64,000 nt of DNA from Eledone cirrhosa (taxonomy: Eukaryota), in assembly GCA_964016885.1 (NCBI GenBank), contig OZ024743.1, forward strand, positions 266,352,001-266,416,000, in the 5' to 3' direction. Every line of letters starts with the position of its first letter. The first letter of the stretch is position 1. Under the pieces are notes generated by a model. That model searched no databases. It saw nothing but the letters and a program-made list of their open reading frames with translations, and was not told the DNA's origin. Positions 54,949-64,000 of this stretch are shown piece by piece. A program made the position numbers and the translations under genes.

Positions 54949-55038
54949 TCCTCTTGATAAGTCGGCAAACCTCACAAAAGTTCTATATCTCTGTGATGGG
55001 TTTTTGCATAATATGCCACGAAACTACGTAGTCGGGGA
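54949..55038 (+). ncRNA. Hammerhead, U3-A8 core variant (F11)
   Basis: TCCTC-TTGATAA-GTCGGC...GCCAC-GAAA-CTACGTAG-TC-GGGGA; predicted cut after 55033. Confidence 0.7.
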
Positions 55039-55403
55039 GTAAAGAAGGAATTTGGGTATGGTATATCTTATTATTAATTATATCTAATGTTTCTTCTCTC
55101 TTCATAATGTATTATATATATAGATAGATATATATATATTCATATATATATAAAGGTATAAACACATACACACACACTCACACACACACATATATATACA
55201 TTTATATATATAATATATATATATATATATACATATTTATATATAGATATATATATAGGTGTGTGTGTGTGTGTGTGTTATGGCGTAAGTGTGTGTGTGT
55301 GTGTGTATGTATCGTATGCATGGATTTTTATCGATGCATGTACAGCGAAACTGTAGTCGGGATTTGATAATTTTTATCTTGTTTGCTTTTCCCATGGATG
55401 AAT

Positions 55404-55475
<72 letters not shown>

Positions 55476-55479
55476 TTAT

Positions 55480-55855
55480 TAAAATAACAGTTTAAAGTTT
55501 AAGCAAATAATCGCTGCTTTCACCCTCAACGGGATCTTGTGGAACTAAAAAAATCAATCTGTAGGCTCAGAGGTAAATATTCCGAAAAACGTTGCCACCG
55601 AAGGAAAACAGGAAGACGATACTTTGGTTCGTGAAGACGTTCCATCCACAAAGAAAATAAAGCTATAAACATAACATATACTTAGATACCACAGCAAGAC
55701 ATACATTATCCGCGTATTGTTCGCATATCCGTCAGGGTATAACGTGGGGCTGTAATACAGAGAAGTTTTATTTGCTCTATGGTTTTCATATATCTGATGT
55801 ATATATTATCTTTATCGACCCCTCTTCGGATGTTAGTCTTCATATTTATTATTAT

Positions 55856-55862
<7 letters not shown>
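55480..55862. repeat. Dispersed fragments matching 5110-5275 (55480-55650) and 7160-7250 (55770-55862)
   Basis: AATCGCTGCTTTCACCCT and TTGCTCTA.GGTT...ATTATTATTACTATA blocks shared. Confidence 0.75.
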
Positions 55863-55900
<38 letters not shown>

Positions 55901-55904
<4 letters not shown>

Positions 55905-56190
55905 CCTGCGTGTGTCCTGGAGCGACAGAGTGCGAAACGGGGAAATCCTGCGGAGAGCCGAGTCGTGGAAGCTACGAAGAATGGTCGCGGAGCATCTGTG
56001 CCACCTGGCTGGCTATATACTGCGCCTGCCCGACGAGCGAGATTCACAAACGGAGATCGGCTTGCCCCAGGATCTCCTGGTGACGAACCTTCCAAAAAGA
56101 CCTGAGGAGCAGCCAACCTGATCGTGAACATTGGCGAGTACTTACTGCTCGATGTGCCGAACGTCACGGAAGAGACTGAGACTGAGACGA

Positions 56191-56192
<2 letters not shown>
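55901..56192 (+). pseudogene. 3' fragment of a second RTE-like LINE inside (TA)n
   Basis: ILRVSWSDRVRNGEILRRA...LAGYILRLPDER; (GAGACT)n tail. Confidence 0.7.
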
Positions 56193-56250
<58 letters not shown>

Positions 56251-56257
<7 letters not shown>

Positions 56258-56444
56258 AGCTTTCACCGTATTTTTGACTAAAGACATTTTAGTCTGATAA
56301 TGGGGATTAGAACCCTCAGATAAATGGAAAAAGCTGAGTATTGATGTACATCAATACTCAGCTTTTTCCATTTACCTGAGGGTTATAAACCTCATTATCA
56401 GACTAAAATGTCTTTAGTTAAAAATACGGTGAAAGCTATTCTAT
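56251..56444. repeat. Spacer-less ~194-bp palindrome
   Basis: Centre ...GTATTGATGTACATCAATAC...; arms complementary with a few mismatches. Confidence 0.92.
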
Positions 56445-56449
56445 TTCTA

Positions 56450-58390
56450 ATTTCAAACCTGCTCAATGTTTCAAAAATAAATATCATAATGGGATGATAT
56501 TTGCGTTCTCATCAGATAAAATAGGGAGACATGATATGAAGCTTAAAAAACACTTGCGAGCAGTGATGTGTTAAATCAACATATGAAAAATAAAATTAGA
56601 GGGATATATGAGATTGGAAAAAAGGAAAGGAAGGGAGAAAGAAAAAATATATATAAAAAAAAATATAATAATAAGGAAAGGATGACGGAGGAGGAGTATA
56701 AGAAGGAAGGATGAGAGAGGAGGAGAAAATGAGTGAGAGAGAGAGATATAACTTTTAATACTAAGAAACACTGTCTCACAGAGAAAAAAATGTTTAAATC
56801 GTTGTAAGATGATACATAATTTAAAAAAATTAAGAAATTAATAGTTAATGAGGTTTCAGAATTGTGATGCTTATGATTACAGAAAAAGGAATTAAGAATA
56901 ATATTTATTTAAGGTTCATATATTGAAGGGTTTAATAAGATGTACGAAAAGGAATTTATTAAAATGTATTATTAATATAAAATATAATAAGAAGATAAGG
57001 TGAATGAAGATAAGGTTAAATGAATTAGGAACTTAGAGGAATTAATTAGGGTCCAAGTTTGTTTCTATATATTGTAATAGGAAAAAGTAAATAATATAGT
57101 TAATACGAGCATGGAAGGAGAGAAGAAAGAAAAATTCAAGGAAGAAAAAATATATAACGTCAAAAAAATATTTTTACAAAATTTCTCTAATGGTAATATT
57201 AGTGTATATTAAAAATAAAAATGTGTATGGCCGAGAATATAAGGAACATTATATAGTGAGTTATAAGATGAATTAAGAAGTAATTGAGACGTAAAGGTTG
57301 CAGATTAAAGATTAGAAATTAAAAAATAAAGAAAAAAATGAAAAGAAATTATGGGACGGCTAACGACAGTATGAGTAATATTGTATAATATACTAAAATA
57401 AGGTAGAAAGATGGGTATATTTGTAAAAAATATAAAAGTGTTTGAGAAAAAGATTTTAAACTAATTAGGTGGTATGATATTAGCTGTATACTTTATAGAA
57501 ATCTCTATGGGATTTATGCAAGCAGAGCGAAAATAAATCCTTACGTCTATTTATTATAGTATTAAAATTAGAGATAATGGTAAATTTCTCCGCTAGGCAG
57601 AGATTACATGTTCTGGATAGGGAAGAATTAAGATAAGGAGATGCGTTGCAAACCTTTCTCCCAGAAATGTTGTAGCTAATATGTTTGTCCTTTAAGGACC
57701 ATATGAGTTCTGAGAGTGCTATGTTAGTTCTTTTAAGTGGGTATCTAAAAGAAGAATTGTGTTTATAAGATCTTGCCTTAAAGGAAGTGGAAGTGGAACC
57801 AAAGTAGGTAAAAGAATTAGTACCAGTTATAATCTTACATTCATACACTAAATGTTTATCAAGACATTGGTTACTAAGAGGACATTTAGTTCTAATAGGG
57901 CAATTTTAATTACGATTAGAGTAATTACCAGAGTTATTAGCAAGTGAACCAGTATTATTTATAGAAGTAATTGATTTGGAGAATTTACTTACGATAGGTG
58001 CTAAAGTTTCCTGATTTAGATTGGGATTATGAACATTCGGCAATGTTACGTATGACGTCGTATTTAAATTTACGGAATCTAGCCTAGAGTTAACATTGAG
58101 GTCGGGCTCACTATTGTTATTATTATGACGCTCAGTTATGGATGGATATGATTTATTACTTAATATTTTATTATTATGTTTTGAGATAATATGAGAGATG
58201 TTGTAAGTGGTGGAATAAGAGAATTTAATTGTATGCTTATTAAAGATCTTACTATAAATATGTGAAGGAGGGAAGCATGTATCTAAGGCCCTAAAAAATA
58301 GTTTAGGAATATTATTAATAAGAGATAGAAAAAAAGGAGCGTTGTGCCAAATCATATTTTTATATCTAGGTCTTTTCTTTATGATATTGG
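56450..58390 (-). mobile_element. 5'-truncated Penelope-like element (Neptune-type Cys linker): thumb/linker + GIY-YIG at 57480-58390, AT-rich 3' region
   Basis: WHNAPF...FPPSHIYSKIFNKHTIKFSYS; YECKI...YFGSTSTSFKAR...CNLCLAEKFTI; candidate HHR at ~56450-56520. Confidence 0.8.
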
Positions 58391-58391
58391 A

Positions 58392-58650
58392 ATGCAAATA
58401 AATAACTACCAATTTGCACATAGCTTGACGAGGCTGTGTAACTACTGTAGAAACATTTGTAGGCACTCGGAATAAATTACCTTTTTATGATGTCTACCTG
58501 TTTTATTATTCATTATATATATATATATAATAAATAATAAAACAGGTAGACATCATAAAAAGGTAATTTATTCCGAGTGCTTACAAATGTTTCTACAGTA
58601 GTTACACAGCCTGGTCATGCTACGTGCAAATTGGTTGTTATTTATTTGCA
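58392..58650. repeat. Tail-to-tail inverted pair around (TA)n with hammerhead remnant (58422-58464)
   Basis: 58392-58512 vs 58530-58650; TTGACGA...GAAA-CATTTG-TA-GGC; third partial copy at 61825-61885. Confidence 0.8.
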
Positions 58651-58809
58651 GATATTCAATTTTCAAATGTTATTTACCCTACCGTGTCTTCAGAGCAAAT
58701 GGATAAAGTGTAAATTCCCTTGTATTTCTTAAAGGGAGTTATTGGAGAAGATAGAGTAGAAAAGGAAGAGAGAAAGGGGAGAGGGAGTGAGAGAGAGAGA
58801 AAGGGAGAG

Positions 58810-58892
<83 letters not shown>

Positions 58893-59146
58893 TGTAGGGG
58901 TCGGAGAAATGGGAGAGAGTGGTTTGAAGAATACAGATAGCTTAATCTAAATGTTGTGATAGGGGTCCAACAAGTGGTTTTATTATACTGCTTCCTCTCA
59001 AAGTGACAACTTAGGCATTGTGTTGATATTGTCAAGCTTGGAATTATTTATTGCCTCAGAGAGCAGGTTGATAGATGTGGAGAAGGAGGGAGATAGACAG
59101 AGGGCGAGAGAGAGAGAGGGGCGAAGAGAGAAAGGAAGAGAGAGAG

Positions 59147-59206
<60 letters not shown>

Positions 59207-59210
59207 GTAT

Positions 59211-62045
59211 ATTCTTTATCTACACTCCGGAATAGAGAAGAATCGTAAACCGAGTTTCTTTAACTATTCTTTCATAACTCGTTGAGTAACCCCTCACTGT
59301 ACCTCGACTCTATCTAGTGTAGTAATTAACGATTACTGCATTCAGGATAATCCTAAGCATTTCTTGCATAACCTAATAATCGCCTCCTGCACAGTTGAGC
59401 AACCACACCGACATACGGCAATAATATGGTAAGACATCATATAGTTATGTCACTTAAAAACATACCTATACCTAACAAAAGGGAATGAATTCTTGGTATG
59501 ATACAACGTACTAATGACTTTATTCGACGCGTAAGATGGAAAGATTTCCATTTCGATAAAGGACATGCTAATCACTCGTTTGGATCAATCAATGAATCAT
59601 ATGGCTTTGGATCATGTAAAAACCCACCCACAAATCCCCATATCGATGCTTTCGAACAAGACTTGATGAATATGATCATGAAGATCAAGTTTACTAAACA
59701 TAGAAGGAATGCGCTGCAGAACGACATGGAAGTTCTACTCCGAAGACTGCAAAATACCAAAGGGATTGTTGTGAAAGCTGATGAGACCTCTAATGTGTAT
59801 ACCATGGATATCGATACATACAACGGCTTCATACGTAAGGAACTACATAAGAAATATAGGAAAATAAGTGTAACTACACTAACAATCATTAACAACGAAG
59901 CATATAAAATAGTGAAAAATCTCAAGATAGACGATAGAACCGAGCCGATTATACCCACAACCCCCAGCTTTAACCTGAAGGACCATAAGGTAAATTTGGA
60001 CTCTAACCCTAAGATTAGACTTATATGCTTTTTTAAATCAAACATAGGAAAAGTTAGCAAACATATACTTGACAGGGTAATAACTCAATTGAAAAAAAAA
60101 ATAGAAATTAAATTATGGGCAACACTAGCGAAGCAATTCGCTGGTTTAATAACGTTAAGAACAAGAGTAAGTCTAAGTTTATACAATTCGATATAGACGA
60201 ATACTACTCTTGAATCTCACCCAGTACATTACGTAAGGCCCTATAGTTTGTCAAGGTCAATTCTGACCTAAAAGAGGACGAAAATAATATTCTAGAGGCT
60301 AGGAAAACTATTATCAAGTTTGATAACTGCTACTGGGAGCGTAATGACAGACCCAATAACTTCGACATTACCATTTGGCTGCAATGATTCAGCGGAGGTC
60401 ACGGATCTTGTGGGAATTTACATAGCCCACATACAACATGGAAAATGTAATAATCTACAGGGGGGGGGATATATAGAGACGACACGCTTCTATTAGTTAA
60501 TAACTTAACCAAAATCTTGAAAGGCTACGGAAAAAAATTAGGAAATCCTTTAACGCCCGGGTCTGAAATTAACGTACGAATACAATCTTAAAGTAGTAAA
60601 CTTTCTAGACGTAATTCTTAATTTCAATACAGGACTGATACGACGCTTCCACAAGACAAACTAGAATCTCACCTATATAAATTTTAACTCGAATCACCCA
60701 CTTTCCATGATCAAATCGGTTCCTCGTAGTATTTCCCTCAGAATCTCTCGCCTCTCGTCTAACTCTCAGATTTTCAGTGAACATGCGGAATACTATAATA
60801 ACGCATTAAGGAATGCAGACCAGCGGGATAAAATAGAATACATTGATAAGGATCTCCATAGCACACATATCAACACACGATATCGAAGAAAATGTAACCG
60901 GGGTACAGAAATACAAGCGCACACACGCAGTACCATCAGACATACTACTAATAATAGAAAATCATCACCAAACTCAAATAAATTACGTTGTAAAAAGTAT
61001 ATCTAGTATAATCACATTTTTAAAGCTTCCATTAGTACGAAACTATCTCTTTCATTCTTTAAGTTAATTAACAAGCATTTCCCTAATTCCCATAAATACA
61101 GTAACATTCTAAACTCTAAGACTGTTACTCCACTGCACCAAACCTTGAAGCATACATAACAAAATTAACTTAAAGCAATTATTAAACAACACTACAAAAC
61201 AAAATATTTTAGTAACATGGGCATAACGTAATATCAGCCTCCCAACCACCAAATGGGAGACAGGTATTACACAACCCACCTGAATTGTTATCCCAACCTA
61301 TCCATGGTACTGCTGTTACCCATAACAAAAACTGTAACTGTCACCTACCCGAAAGATGCCCATTGATGAATGAATGCCTAGAGTCCAATATTGTTTAACA
61401 ATGCACTGTCGAATCAAACGACCAGAAATGTTATTACATCGGGTCTACCACTACCTCCTTTAAATCTCGCTGGTATCGTCATCGATTTTTGATTAAACAT
61501 CCTGAACACCGTTTTGTAACCACGCTCGCCAATAAGACCTGGCCACTACGTGAATACAACCTGCAGTTCACCTTGAAATGAGATAAATTATCCAGCGCTA
61601 GTGCATATCAGAGTGGATTGAAGTACTGCAGATTATGCAGCCTTGAACTCTTTTATATCTTGCAATTTAAAAACAACTTACTAAATGATAGAATCGAACG
61701 ATCGTTATCCTGCAACCACAAACTGAAGGCAAAATATTCTCACTATAAAATAACTTAACATATGAACCCGAGACTACTACACCACTTTCTCCCTAACTAA
61801 ATTCACTCAATAACTACTTTCTACATTTGTAAGCACTCGGAATAAATTACCTTTTTTATGATGTGTACCTGTTTTATTATTCATTCTTTATCTACACTCC
61901 GGAATAGAGAAGAATCGGAAACCGAGACTCTTTAACTATTCTTTCATAACTCGTTGAGTAACCCCTCACACCGTACGTCGACTCTATCTAGTGTAGTAAT
62001 TAAACATTACTGCATTCAGTATAATCCTAAGCATTTCTTGCATAA
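59211..62045 (+). mobile_element. Full-length decayed Penelope-like element with ~160-bp direct pLTRs
   Basis: 59211-59370 repeats at 61883-62045; ends in (TA)n. Confidence 0.88.
59425..61753 (+). pseudogene. PLE ORF: RT + Cys-rich linker + GIY-YIG endonuclease, multiply disrupted
   Basis: KNIPIP, RRVRWK, KADETSN, YRDD (60472-60483), VNFLDV, NSNHP, CNCHLPERCPLMNECL, YYIGSTTTSFKSRW. Confidence 0.88.
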
Positions 62046-62061
62046 TATATATATATATATA

Positions 62062-62331
62062 TATAAACGTTTCTAGTTGTAAAGCCAAGACAATGCAGGT
62101 ATGGATATAGAATATAAATGCAAATGCAAAAGATATTGTTGACAATTAGTCTTTTACCTTAAATTTATTTAAATATCATTAATTTTCGAGATAATATCTT
62201 TTCTTCGGAGGGAAGTAAAGTGGTTAATCCAGTGTTCTAATTAGCTTGCCAAGCCATATCTTTTGCATTTGTATTTATATTCGATACCCATACCTGCATT
62301 GTCTTGGCCTTACAACTACAAACGTTTATAT
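62062..62331. repeat. Inverted repeat, ~75-bp arms (62062-62137 / 62255-62331)
   Basis: TAGTTGTAAAGCCAAGACAATGCAGGTATGG vs CCATACCTGCATTGTCTTGGCCTTACAACTA. Confidence 0.85.
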
Positions 62332-63021
62332 CTCATTACACAATGCTTCAAGTGAACTACAACTTCCTTCATATATATATATATATATAGAGAGACCACA
62401 AGTAATGGAATTCAAGGAAGCACATTCAAACACGTTCAAATACAGGCGTTCGCGCACACAAACACAAACACACACACACGCAAAACACAGACATACATAT
62501 GTATATATTCACCACCTTTATTAATATTATCCTCAATCTTTCTCCTGATTTCTTTCCCTCCCTCTCATACACAAAATGAATACTAGACCCTTTGAACACG
62601 TTTTACAATCTTCCTGTTCCTTTATAGTAATCCATATTACATAATTTACTGAAGCAGTCATTTCAGTTTATTTCGCACTGTCCACACGAACAACAAAGCT
62701 GCTTTTCATTTCATATTTCGTATTTTTCATTTTCCAATTTTCCTCAGAAACTGTACTGTTGCTTTAATTTCGATGTTATAGTATACAAAGCGTTGGTTTA
62801 TATATGTGCCTTATGTATGCATGCATGTATGTATGTATGTATGTATGTATGTATGTATGTATGTATGTATGTATGTATCTATCTATGCATGTATGTACGT
62901 ATGCATGCTTATATCATTGTAACTATGTATACATGTATGTATCTATATATGTATGCATGTGTGCATGCTTTCATGTATGGAATTATGTATATATATATGC
63001 ACACACACACACAAAACACAT

Positions 63022-63099
<78 letters not shown>

Positions 63100-63104
63100 G
63101 CACT

Positions 63105-63397
63105 CCATCAGTTATGAAGAGGCATTTTGATATGATCAACAGAACATCCTGCCCGTTGAATTAACGTGCACATGGCTGAGAATTCCAAAAATACGGGTGC
63201 CCTTAACGTAGTTCTCAGGGAGATTCAGTGTGACACACAATAATACAAGAATGGCCCTCCTAATTGCAAGTGCACCTCATATTTGCCCGCTGAGTGTAAT
63301 GGTGCAACGTGCAATAAAGTGTCTTTTTTAAAGACACAACGCGCCGGCATGTCTCGCATTACGACCTTACGGTCGCAAGGCGAATACCTTAACCATT
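63105..63397 (-). mobile_element. SINE family B
   Basis: CCTTAACGTAGTTCTCAGGGAGATTCAG.GTGACACA body and reversed tRNA-like head. Confidence 0.7.
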
Positions 63398-63559
63398 GAC
63401 GTTTGATTCTTTATATACAAACATATATACATATGTATATAGTTTAGGGATTGTAAAGTCAAGTTTCTGTTGGTTCACCAAATTGAGCACTCGATGCGTA
63501 ATTGCATCATTTCCAGTATGTACTTTGGTGTTGTACTAAGCAGAGTGTAATAGTAATAA

Positions 63560-63737
63560 ATGTTTCTACTTTTGGCACAAGACCAGTAATTGTCTCAGTA
63601 CGTTACTGGTACTTTATTTTATCGACCCCGTAAGGATGAAAGGCAGACTTAACCTCGGCGGGATTTGAACTCAGGCCGTAAAGGGACGTAACTCTACGCT
63701 GCAAAGCATGGCGTCCGATCTTCTACCGATAATACCG
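63560..63737 (-). mobile_element. SINE A with 11-bp TSD
   Basis: Reverse complement of 27849-28033; AATAGTAATAA at 63549-63559 and 63738-63748. Confidence 0.88.
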
Positions 63738-64000
63738 AATAGTAATAATATGTGGGGTCGAGGTGTCAAATTATTATTATCTTTATTCAGGGTGACGCAT
63801 GTTTCGTAATTCCATTTACTTATTGCCCAAATTTTACCTTCTATACTTTATCTCATAAGTTATTTTCATTTCTTATTCCTTACTTCTATCTTTATTTGAA
63901 TATATAGACGTAGGTTTAATGCGTGTGTATGTAACATGGGGTGCGGTAAATAATTATTTACATATACACCAGGTCCGAATTCAAAGGAACAAAACCCCCT

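Larger units (their letters stand above)
54035..55250. mobile_element. ~590-bp-arm tail-outward inverted pair (family F11)
   Basis: ~54035-54620 is the reverse complement of ~54650-55250. Confidence 0.9.

Noticed and set aside
58643-58700. Minus-strand CTGAAGA...GAAA with ATTTGC/GCAAAT
   Set aside because: Stems II and III unsupported; ambiguous.

Overview
AT-rich, microsatellite-saturated eukaryotic DNA with no recognisable host exon. The SINE and microsatellite content suggests an octopod cephalopod (inference). Almost all ORF-track entries are translations of (TA)n/(CA)n/(GA)n/(TATG)n repeats. The real coding relics are all transposon-derived: a nearly intact RTE LINE with three C-terminal C2H2 fingers, a decayed CR1/L2-group LINE, a Chapaev3-like (CMC) DNA transposon with TAA target duplication, one full-length decayed Penelope-like element (PLE) and three GIY-YIG fragments. 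Two tRNA-derived SINE families and a non-autonomous RTE-dependent element are also present. The main hidden signal is non-coding. About a dozen unrelated short repeat families sit in (TA)n tracts as inverted pairs or partial tandems, and each carries a type I hammerhead ribozyme (HHR) motif, intact or decayed, mostly with a minimal palindromic stem III. These include a ~440-nt three-unit retrozyme-like tandem array, a U3-A8 core variant, a family with stem covariation, and an HHR split by a SINE. All structures were read by eye; coordinates are approximate to a few bases and no activity has been tested.
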